DNA of 64,000 bases from a virus. Taxonomy: Duplodnaviria; Heunggongvirae; Uroviricota; Caudoviricetes. The DNA lies in IMG/VR virus record IMGVR_UViG_3300005535_000017, positions 18,331-82,330 of that record. One strand, given 5' to 3'. The translations under genes and the position numbers were made by a program. Shown here in pieces: positions 56,807 to 64,000 of this stretch. The notes beneath the pieces are model-generated. The model did no database searches and had not been told where the DNA came from. It worked only from the letters and a program-made list of their open reading frames with translations. Position 1 is the stretch's first letter, and every line of letters starts with the position of its first letter.

Positions 56807-57869
56807 GAGCTTGTCCCTTTCTCCAATTGGGGTACGTCACAGCGCCTGCGATAGCCGAGGACACGGCCTGAGGAATCAGGTCGTCCGGTTGACACTCTTC
56901 GTGAGCGTCGTCGGGGTAGCAGGCAATCAAGACCCCATTTATCAACTTGTGAAGCTCGGATGCGATCTTCCTGGTGCCTTCTCTCCCTGCCTGGTTGTTG
57001 TCGAGGAAGAAGACGATCTTGTTGTCTCTGACCCTGAGGAGTAGCTGCTTCTGACGATACGAAAGCGAGCTGCCCATCAGTGCCACCGTGTTCACCCAGC
57101 CAGCCTGGATGCACCACATGGCCGCCTTGTAGCCCTCAACGACAACTAGGGTCTGCGGCTCCTTTCCGAAGAAGAGGCGAGGGTAGACCTTATCGAGTCC
57201 CCACAGGTAGTCGTGATTGTCGAACTCGTACCCTTCGTACTGGTAGTCGTCGTCGAACCACGGACCGAAGTTGCTGGGGATGACACGGCCTGTGTCTCGC
57301 TCCTTCCTCTTACCCAAATAGACGAGGTATTTGGGCTCCTGATAGTCGAACACTCGACCACCAGCGATGCCCGCCAAGTTACCATAGAGATCCCGAATCG
57401 GATATGTGATTCGATTGTTGAAGCGGTCGTAGCCAACCTCGCAGTACTGCAGGATGGTGGGATCGAACCCGTCCTCCACAAGCTTGGTTGGAAGGAACTC
57501 GTAGGCCGAAAGGATCATCTCCGGGAGGATGTGCTTGGCCTCGAACGGGTTGTTGTTGATGCAATCCGTCCTGCGTCGGTGCCGCAGGGCATTGAGGTTC
57601 GCATCGAACAGAGCTTTGAGGCCCGCAGTCTCGGAATCCACCGTCTGCTTGGGGAGACCAAGCATGGAGAGGAGCTTCTTGACGGTGCCGGCGACGTGGC
57701 AGGTGAAGCACTGGAATATGCCCGTATCGACATTGATGGAGAACGAGGCCTTCGTCTCCTGTCCACCCTTGTGGAACGGGCATTTGATTTTGATGTTCGA
57801 GTCGCCCGAGAAACGATAGTTCCCCAGGTCGAGGTGCCGCTCGAGCACCGCGATGACCTGGTCCCTCAT
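56793..57869 (-). CDS. dnaG: DNA primase (CHC2 zinc finger + TOPRIM)
   Basis: CPFH...SFSI...CFTC; RITYPI; VVEGY; FLDNNQAG. Confidence 0.9.
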   Translation of the reverse strand: MRDQVIAVLERHLDLGNYRFSGDSNIKIKCPFHKGGQETKASFSINVDTGIFQCFTCHVAGTVKKLLSMLGLPKQTVDSETAGLKALFDANLNALRHRRRTDCINNNPFEAKHILPEMILSAYEFLPTKLVEDGFDPTILQYCEVGYDRFNNRITYPIRDLYGNLAGIAGGRVFDYQEPKYLVYLGKRKERDTGRVIPSNFGPWFDDDYQYEGYEFDNHDYLWGLDKVYPRLFFGKEPQTLVVVEGYKAAMWCIQAGWVNTVALMGSSLSYRQKQLLLRVRDNKIVFFLDNNQAGREGTRKIASELHKLINGVLIACYPDDAHEECQPDDLIPQAVSSAIAGAVTYPNWRKGQAHGNW

Positions 57870-57878
57870 GTCCGACTC

Positions 57879-59291
57879 CTAGTACTGCGCGAAGGGAGGC
57901 TTTGGTGCCATGCGCCCGCCACCTGGGAGCATCTGTTGCTGGCCGTTCGACTTCTTGCTGGCACCGTTCTTCTGGCCATTGCTGCTCTGCTGGGTCTGTC
58001 CCTGATTCGGGTCAGCCTGAGGGACCCAGACTCGCTTGAATCCGAAGTTCACGCCGGGAATGCCGTGGATGACGATGTTCTCGACTTCGTACTCGCGAGC
58101 CGCCGGGAAGCTCATGATGACCTCCGGCTCGTGGGTCTGCGGGTCCTTCTCTTTCTTGACCCGGATGGCCATGTCGCACTCCTGGCCGAGAGCGTCGGCG
58201 AACGCGAGCTCTGCGACGTCTGCCTCTTTGGGTGAGGCTTTGGCGGCGGAGCGGTTGGCCTGAGTGATGCCGATGATGGGGATGTTGAGGGTCTTGGCCG
58301 TCTCGTTCAGGTCCTGGACGACGGCCGTGACATCCTTCCAGTCGATGGAGCGTGTTTTGTTTCTGTCGTTCCGCAGGCGGTACAGGCCATCCACCACGAC
58401 AAGGGTCGGGCGGAACTCGAAGATCTTGGCCTGCACCAGCCCGATGCCCTCGCCCATGCCGGACATGGCCAAGAACTCCGGGTGATTGCCACCCGCGTTG
58501 GTGACCGTGCGCTCGCCCTGCTTGAGGAACTGCAGCCAGTTGAAGAGACGGTCTCTGTCGTACGGTTGCAGTTGGGCTTTGCGCCACTTCTGGTAGTCGA
58601 CCTTGGCGCAGACCGATGCGGCTCGTCGCTGGATGTCGGTGGATGACATCTCCATCGAGATGACGAGCACTCGTTGGTGGGCGTGTAGATAGGCATGAGA
58701 TGCGATGGCCAGACCAACCCACGTCTTCATGTTCTTGGGTCGTCCGTACAGGACGATGAACTGCCCTGGCTGCAGGCCCTGAGTCTCGTCATTGAGCACG
58801 TCCCACGGCCACGGGATGCCGAGGAGGCCGTGCCCACTGGCCACCAAGTCGTACTCTTGCTTGAGCACTTCATAGGCGTCCGACATGAGCAAGTCGTTGG
58901 ACCGCTCGTGCATCCCAGAGAGTTGGGATGAGCTCGCACGGACCAGGCTGAGCGCCTCTCTGGGATTCTGCTCGGCGATCTCCCAGAGCTGCTCTGCAAG
59001 TGACTTGATTTGGATGGAGAGCTTCGAGGTGTGAAGCTGCTCGCAGAGGGTAGAGACCGTGTCGTTGTTGTAGACACGCTGGAAGGCAGGAAATCGCTGA
59101 AGGACGATCTCCCAACTCGGGACCGAGCCGTAGGTGTATCGGCTCGTGAAATGATCCCGAATGAAGCAGAAAACCTGGCGACAAAGCGCCTCGAGGAAGA
59201 ACTCCTCGGTGATGCGGGCCTTCTGGACTGTGAAGAAATCCTGATAGTCCAAAATACGCGAGATTAGCGCGTATTCCACGTGCGCTGCCAT
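57879..59291 (-). CDS. dnaB: Replicative DnaB-like helicase
   Basis: GGAGG RBS; GLQPGQFIVLYGRPKNMKT, SMEM, VVVDGL, ITQANR, ADALGQECD. Confidence 0.85.
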   Translation of the reverse strand: MAAHVEYALISRILDYQDFFTVQKARITEEFFLEALCRQVFCFIRDHFTSRYTYGSVPSWEIVLQRFPAFQRVYNNDTVSTLCEQLHTSKLSIQIKSLAEQLWEIAEQNPREALSLVRASSSQLSGMHERSNDLLMSDAYEVLKQEYDLVASGHGLLGIPWPWDVLNDETQGLQPGQFIVLYGRPKNMKTWVGLAIASHAYLHAHQRVLVISMEMSSTDIQRRAASVCAKVDYQKWRKAQLQPYDRDRLFNWLQFLKQGERTVTNAGGNHPEFLAMSGMGEGIGLVQAKIFEFRPTLVVVDGLYRLRNDRNKTRSIDWKDVTAVVQDLNETAKTLNIPIIGITQANRSAAKASPKEADVAELAFADALGQECDMAIRVKKEKDPQTHEPEVIMSFPAAREYEVENIVIHGIPGVNFGFKRVWVPQADPNQGQTQQSSNGQKNGASKKSNGQQQMLPGGGRMAPKPPFAQY

Positions 59292-59339
59292 TATCGCGAC
59301 CTCCCTTTCCCGTGCCTGGATCACGGGTACTGCATGCGA

Positions 59340-59723
59340 CTACTTATCTTGGCAGATAACGGCGATCGATCCTTTGTGGATGATGAGCTCGCTCTCTTCG
59401 GCGCCGACGAGCAAGTCACCATCCTTGTCATAGATCCGTCCTGCCACTTGCAGTGTGTATCGATCGAGGCTTCGAAGCACGCCGCGAACATTGTCGCCGG
59501 TGACGAGGTAGACCAGCACCTGCTTGCCGATCCACTCCCGCACCGTATTGTTCCACTGACTCTTGTCGTTGACCGTTGCTTCGAGTGCCTGGATGCGCTT
59601 CTCGTTGTCCAGGGACTTGCCGCGGGCCTCATGGACCATGCGGCTAAGCTCACCTGCCTGGGACGGGCTTATCGCCGGCGGGATCGATCTGTTGCTGCCC
59701 CGGCGATCGTCGTGGTTCCCCAT
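59340..59723 (-). CDS. Hfq/Sm-like RNA-binding protein with N-terminal coiled coil
   Basis: Sm1-like WIGKQVLVYLVTGDNVRGVLRSLDRYTLQV; Sm2-like LIIHKGSIAVI. Confidence 0.65.
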   Translation of the reverse strand: MGNHDDRRGSNRSIPPAISPSQAGELSRMVHEARGKSLDNEKRIQALEATVNDKSQWNNTVREWIGKQVLVYLVTGDNVRGVLRSLDRYTLQVAGRIYDKDGDLLVGAEESELIIHKGSIAVICQDK

Positions 59724-59791
59724 AGGGTCCTCGCGAAACTGTAGTCCTACTCCCAGGCGGGAGAGGAGATCAAGTTTGAACTGCTATCACG

Positions 59792-60070
59792 CTACATCTG
59801 CTCGGGTTCTCGTGCTTGCTCCTGCGGTGGCTGCGGCTCGAACACGTGCTCGAGTGTCTCCGCTTCCATCGCATCCTGCAACTCTGCGAGCGCGGCGAGA
59901 GTGCGAGGACTCCACTCCAGCCGTCGCTGCAGCAACCCAGCCCGCTCCTCGTCATCGCGGATGAGGACGAAATCCGCCGTCAACGGGGGCAGGGCTGGAT
60001 TGACGAAGTTGAGATGCGCCTGCTGAAGCTCGATGCCCACGATCCGGCACTTCGACTTGGACACCAGCAT
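59792..60070 (-). CDS. Hypothetical protein (92 aa)
   Basis: TGATG coupling. Confidence 0.65.
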   Translation of the reverse strand: MLVSKSKCRIVGIELQQAHLNFVNPALPPLTADFVLIRDDEERAGLLQRRLEWSPRTLAALAELQDAMEAETLEHVFEPQPPQEQAREPEQM

Positions 60071-60453
60071 CAGTACGCCGGCCTTGCTGGCGCCGCAGGC
60101 TTGAGGAGCCCCATGGCTTCGCAGCGCTGCTTCATCTGCTGGAAGTGCTGCTCGATCTGGTAGTCCGCGATCTGCGCTGCCAACCCCACGGCGTAGTTGA
60201 CGGTCTGCGCATCTTGGTTGCAGACGAGGGAGACGGACACGAACACCTTGCCGCCGGAGCCGAAGTCCATCTCGCTCATGTCGCGCCCGACGGAGACGCG
60301 AGCGAGCCCGTCCCCGATGATCGCCTTGTAGTAGTCCTGCTGTTGCTGAGACATGGGAGCCTCTCCTTCAAGAACCTCGTTGTCTACGTCACGACTGTTC
60401 TGACTGTAGACGCGTCGCACAGTGAAGCTTGTGTGAGGGAGAACCACTTCCAT
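60070..60453 (-). CDS. Hypothetical protein (127 aa)
   Basis: GAGG RBS before ATG 60453. Confidence 0.65.
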   Translation of the reverse strand: MEVVLPHTSFTVRRVYSQNSRDVDNEVLEGEAPMSQQQQDYYKAIIGDGLARVSVGRDMSEMDFGSGGKVFVSVSLVCNQDAQTVNYAVGLAAQIADYQIEQHFQQMKQRCEAMGLLKPAAPARPAY

Positions 60454-60457
60454 GGGA

Positions 60458-60757
60458 CTAGTCCTCGGCGATCGGAACTTCTCCGGGCTCGATTCCACGC
60501 GAGAGGCGCGCCTTGAGCTGGACAGTCTCGATGTAGACCGTCCGCTTCTTCGTGGCCTCGATGCGCTGGTCGATGGATGCCTTGTTGGGAATGCTGTCGC
60601 GCGGGTCGTCGTAGACTGTGACGTCCACGAACCCTTCCCGACGCAGGGCCTCTTCGATGAAGCGAGCCACCGTCGTCTTGCCTCGATTGCACTTGCCAGC
60701 GACGGTGATGATGAGGCCTTCCTCGCCTGCTTCCTGTCTCGTCACTTCACGACCCAT
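60458..60757 (-). CDS. Short P-loop protein (99 aa)
   Basis: IITVAGKCNRGKTT. Confidence 0.55.
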   Translation of the reverse strand: MGREVTRQEAGEEGLIITVAGKCNRGKTTVARFIEEALRREGFVDVTVYDDPRDSIPNKASIDQRIEATKKRTVYIETVQLKARLSRGIEPGEVPIAED

Positions 60758-61034
60758 TGCCCACCGCCTGGTTGGGATACTTCATGTCGTAGGCCTTCTT
60801 CGCCGCGTCGAGCAGCCGGAACCCCCAGAAGGACGCCGGCTGGCCGCCCTGCTCGCAGATGTCGAGCTGCCAGATCGAGATGTACTGCTGCTCGTCCGGC
60901 GTCCCCTTCGGCTTGCGAAGGCCGTACTTCTTCAGGTCATCGATCGGAACGGCGAACTTGAAGGCACGGGTGCCGGGCCAGGTCTGGCCCTTCTCCAGCT
61001 CGTCCAGCGTTGCTTCCAGTCCCATCTTCGGCAT
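60747..61034 (-). CDS. Hypothetical protein (95 aa)
   Basis: AGGAG RBS. Confidence 0.65.
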   Translation of the reverse strand: MPKMGLEATLDELEKGQTWPGTRAFKFAVPIDDLKKYGLRKPKGTPDEQQYISIWQLDICEQGGQPASFWGFRLLDAAKKAYDMKYPNQAVGNGS

Positions 61035-61050
61035 CTATCGCTCCTAGGTA

Positions 61051-61081
61051 AGAAAAGCCCCACCTCCCGAAGGAGGTGAGG
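61051..61081 (-). terminator. Rho-independent terminator with C(UUCG)G tetraloop
   Basis: - strand CCTCACCTCC-TTCG-GGAGGTGGGG then CTTTTCT. Confidence 0.8.
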
Positions 61082-61089
61082 TTTGGTGG

Positions 61090-61332
61090 TCACTTGAGCT
61101 TGCGCCCGTGGTTCCGTTGCCGGTTCAGCTTGAACTCTTCGAACGCGGTCAGCCTGAAGTAGACTTCTCTCCAAGCCAAGTGAAAATGCGGACCGAGAAG
61201 CTTGAGGCGCCACTCCGCTTCCTTATGAAAGTCGATGGCGAGCTCGAGCTCTTCGTCGGTGAGTCCATCTCCCTTACCGATCTTCTTGAGAACAGCCTCG
61301 AGCTTCTCCTCCTGCTCCTTGTCGATGTTCAC
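61090..61332 (-). CDS. Hypothetical protein (80 aa)
   Basis: GTGA coupling; ends before the terminator. Confidence 0.65.
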   Translation of the reverse strand: MNIDKEQEEKLEAVLKKIGKGDGLTDEELELAIDFHKEAEWRLKLLGPHFHLAWREVYFRLTAFEEFKLNRQRNHGRKLK

Positions 61333-61850
61333 TTGCCGGCCTTGAGCTCCTGACCGAATGCCGGGATCGGCTTCGGACCGGACACCGCCGGCGTCATGGC
61401 CAGGCCGGGCTCGATGGTGGTGGCGAACTGCTTCTCGAGCCCGTTCTTCTTGAGGAACTCGTTGGCCGCTTCCTGGTTGATCTCGATCTTCGTGGCGATC
61501 GCGCCCTCGTCTTCCATCTGCTTCTTGAAGCCGAGCGACTTGGCGAGGTTGACGAACTCGACCGCGCGGAAGCTGTCCGAGCCGAACTTCTTCGAGACCT
61601 GGAACGGCCCGAACTTGAACGTCTTGTAGCGGGTCGGGTCGAGGCGGGTGGCCTCGCTGCGGAGCATCTTGCCGGCCTCGTCCAGGTTCACGTTGCGCTC
61701 TTCACGAAGCTGGTCGAGCTGGTCGATCTCCTGCTGATGGCGGTCGTAGAACTCGGCCCACGCGGCCTGGTACTTCTGGTCGGCCGAGAGGAACTTGTTG
61801 ACGACGTTCTGGGTGTCCTGCGTGGGGATGTAGTCCTTGACCGTGCTCAT
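61329..61850 (-). CDS. Hypothetical protein, possibly Gam-like (coiled coil + FGPF...IEIN)
   Basis: AAGGAG RBS; composition only. Confidence 0.45.
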   Translation of the reverse strand: MSTVKDYIPTQDTQNVVNKFLSADQKYQAAWAEFYDRHQQEIDQLDQLREERNVNLDEAGKMLRSEATRLDPTRYKTFKFGPFQVSKKFGSDSFRAVEFVNLAKSLGFKKQMEDEGAIATKIEINQEAANEFLKKNGLEKQFATTIEPGLAMTPAVSGPKPIPAFGQELKAGK

Positions 61851-62020
61851 CGCTCGTTCTCCTTGTTCGCCGTAAAGAGATCAAACTGCTCATCCCAGTC
61901 TCCAGCCGGTAATTCGGATGGATACTCTTTGGGCTGTCGCAGAGATCTTTTCTCCCAATGTTGCTCGAATTTGTTGAGCAGTCGGATCTGCTCCTTGACG
62001 TAGGCCTGAAGGGTCATCAT
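61847..62020 (-). CDS. Hypothetical protein (57 aa)
   Basis: Manual translation MMTLQAYVKEQIRLLNKFEQHWEKRSLRQPKEYPSELPAGDWDEQFDLFTANKENER; coupled at both ends. Confidence 0.7.
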   Translation of the reverse strand: MMTLQAYVKEQIRLLNKFEQHWEKRSLRQPKEYPSELPAGDWDEQFDLFTANKENER

Positions 62021-62817
62021 CACTCGTCCTCCCGGCGGTCTGGATGCGGGATGCCGAAGTTGCGGAAGTTGTAGTCGTCCACAAGCTTTACGGCCCGCAA
62101 GAAGTCATGGAACGTCTTGGCCCCCTCTCCTCCCTTTTGGTTGAAGTCGTTCTTCCTCATCAAGTAGCTGGGGTGCAGCGTCGCGATGAGCGGGTAGGTC
62201 AGGTTGCGGCCGAGCAGCCTCCCTGGAACCGGGACGTCGAAGAGCTCACCACGAACTCCAGTGATGGAGATCTTCCTGCCGAGCAAGCTCTCGACTGCGA
62301 TGCGGCCTACCGCGATGATGATGACTGGGTCGACGATGTAGATCGTCTCCAGTAACCGCGGCCGGCACGCGGCGACCTCCTTGGGGGTCGGATCCCGGTT
62401 CTCTGGCGGATGGCAGGAGATGACGTTGGTGAAGAAGAACTCTTGGATGAGGAGCTGGCGGAGCTCGTAATCCAGTCGCTGCGTCCTCTCCGAGCTCGAC
62501 TCCTTGTTGATCTCGGCCAGCTTCTCCCTGACCTCTGGGCGGGCGCTGACAGAGGCGAGGTACTGATTCAGCAGCATCCCCGACTTGCCGACGAAGGGAT
62601 GACCCTGCTCGTCCTCATTGGCGCCGGGCGCCTCACCAATGATGAGAACCTGACCGCCGAAGCCAATCTGGCGGTTGATGTTATGGTCGTAGATCGGGAC
62701 CTTGTCGAACTGCCCATAGCCGAAGACTACGTTCTTCCTCTCATTGCACAGCAGTGGGCACTTCTGGCAGTTAGACCACTCGTTGACGAGGGTCTGCAGC
62801 CGCTCCAGCTTCTGCAT
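62020..62817 (-). CDS. Uracil-DNA glycosylase family 4 (Fe-S)
   Basis: CQKC, IIGEAPG..ED.QG.PFVG.SG, TNVISCHPPENRDP, ACRPRL, HPSYL. Confidence 0.92.
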   Translation of the reverse strand: MQKLERLQTLVNEWSNCQKCPLLCNERKNVVFGYGQFDKVPIYDHNINRQIGFGGQVLIIGEAPGANEDEQGHPFVGKSGMLLNQYLASVSARPEVREKLAEINKESSSERTQRLDYELRQLLIQEFFFTNVISCHPPENRDPTPKEVAACRPRLLETIYIVDPVIIIAVGRIAVESLLGRKISITGVRGELFDVPVPGRLLGRNLTYPLIATLHPSYLMRKNDFNQKGGEGAKTFHDFLRAVKLVDDYNFRNFGIPHPDRREDE

Positions 62818-62824
62818 GACTACC

Positions 62825-64000
62825 TCACGTGAAGTTGGGTGCGTTGAGAACCTGGAACGGATAGCTCCAGCTCCTGAGCTTCGACTTCAGCTTCTTGCAC
62901 ATCGCATGGAAGGGCGGGATGTGGACGTCATCGAAGACGATCATCACAGGGTGGCCCTTCTTCAGTTGTGGGTCTCTGGCGCCGATGCGCCCTTTCGCTT
63001 GCTCCAGGTCGTTCTCCGACGAGAACGGCGTGAGAAAGAAAAGCGTGTCAAGCTGCGGGTCGTCCAGACCCTCTACGCCAAGACGAGCAATGGCGTAGGT
63101 CACCTGGCTGCGCTTCAGTAGTGCAGATCGTTCTTCTTGTGGCGTCTCCTCGATGATGATTGCAGAGCCGGGTGTCTTCTCGTGTAGTGCCTTGAGTTGC
63201 GCTTTCGAGTGAGAGACAGCCAAGATCTTCCGTCCCTCTTTCACAGCCTCCATGATGCAGCGCCAGCGGAACTCGTTGGCCACGTCGTCTTTTCCAAGCG
63301 CGGAGCGCATCATCGAGACACTGAGCTCTCCCGTCACATCCCTCACCTCACTGTTGCCCTTGCCCAGATCCATTTGCGTTGGGGTGAGCTGGAAGTAGGT
63401 TCTGGGAATCAGGTCTTGCTCTGTGTCTGTGTAGAAGACTGGGCCCAGATGGTAGTGGTAGATGTACTCGAGCCCGTCGAGACGCCGCGGTGTCGCGGTT
63501 AGCCCAAGACGGTATCCCATGACTGTCGCTGCGGTCTGGGAGAACAGCTTGGCTGCGAGGTGATGAACCTCGTCGTAGATGCCCACCCCGAAGTGCCGGT
63601 CGAAGCCAGGAGGGAGCTTCTTCTCCTTCGCCCGCAGCGCCAACGTATGAATCATGGCGATTACGATTGGCCTCTCCCAGTCAAGCTCCTTGCCCTGGAT
63701 GACGCCGATCTTCTCCCCCTTTGGAAGAATAACGTGTTCCTCAATTCGCTCTCTCCACTGTGTAAAGAGATACGAGTTGTGAACAACTACCAGTCCTGGA
63801 CACCCAAGCTCGACTAGACGCTTGAGTGCCAGGACTGTTTTACCCTTGCCGCAGCCGAGGTTGAGGATGCCATTGGGGTTGGCCTGCATTGCTGCATAGG
63901 CCTCGGCTTGCTTCTGATTGCGCAGCTCGATCTTCGTCGACAGCCCACTCTTGGGGAACGATCGGGGCGTCAGATCAACGAAGGGAAATGGGTAGGACTG
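62825..64000 (-). CDS. Superfamily II DEAD/DEAH helicase (UvsW/XPB-like), 5' end truncated by window edge
   Basis: Frame open to 64000; GCGKGKT, DEVHH, TAT, EGLDDP, QAKGRI. Confidence 0.88.
   Translation of the reverse strand, partial: QSYPFPFVDLTPRSFPKSGLSTKIELRNQKQAEAYAAMQANPNGILNLGCGKGKTVLALKRLVELGCPGLVVVHNSYLFTQWRERIEEHVILPKGEKIGVIQGKELDWERPIVIAMIHTLALRAKEKKLPPGFDRHFGVGIYDEVHHLAAKLFSQTAATVMGYRLGLTATPRRLDGLEYIYHYHLGPVFYTDTEQDLIPRTYFQLTPTQMDLGKGNSEVRDVTGELSVSMMRSALGKDDVANEFRWRCIMEAVKEGRKILAVSHSKAQLKALHEKTPGSAIIIEETPQEERSALLKRSQVTYAIARLGVEGLDDPQLDTLFFLTPFSSENDLEQAKGRIGARDPQLKKGHPVMIVFDDVHIPPFHAMCKKLKSKLRSWSYPFQVLNAPNFT

Noticed and set aside
52898-56854. Long + strand ORFs (594 aa and 698 aa) opposite polA and the SSB-like gene; similar ORFs at 4848-5909, 29603-30991 and 48402-49352
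   Set aside because: Antisense shadows expected in high-GC coding DNA; no motifs or RBS, and rich in L/V/R/D/E
51134-59291. Inteins or introns in RecA, PolA, primase or DnaB
   Set aside because: Lengths are normal and no intein termini or homing-endonuclease motifs were seen; RecA has only a short (about 40-aa) insert
1-64000. Stop-codon reassignment
   Set aside because: TAA, TAG and TGA all end genes at coupled junctions, and conserved enzymes are uninterrupted in the standard code
1-64000. tRNA, rRNA, integrase or transposase genes
   Set aside because: Intergenic gaps are too short and no cloverleaf or recombinase/transposase motif was recognised

Overview
This window is a gene-dense, GC-rich segment of a large myovirus-like (probably jumbo) bacteriophage genome, read in the standard genetic code. 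It has three blocks. (1) 1-2459: an ATP-dependent DNA ligase cut by the left edge, plus small regulators. (2) 2553-44979, + strand, late virion module: a tape-measure-like protein, hub/gp25/baseplate-J-like proteins, PKD and lectin-domain proteins, and fibres. It also contains a cluster of small proteins and a sigma-70-family factor that share an F-x-x-E-L-x-K-I/T-A motif. (3) 44976-64000, - strand, replication/recombination module: RusA, dNMP kinase, Cas4-like nuclease, Hjc-like nuclease, RecA, PolA, HAD hydrolase, SSB-like protein, primase, DnaB, an Hfq/Sm-like protein, family-4 UDG and an SF2 helicase cut by the right edge. The most interesting candidates are: a capsid-targeting/cleavage motif that would place a sigma factor and a zinc protease inside the virion; Sec-type signal peptides on a 2270-aa Gly-rich fibre and its neighbour; a phage-encoded Hfq/Sm protein; and prion-like P/Q/G tails on replisome proteins. 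All calls come from reading motifs by eye; no database search was run.
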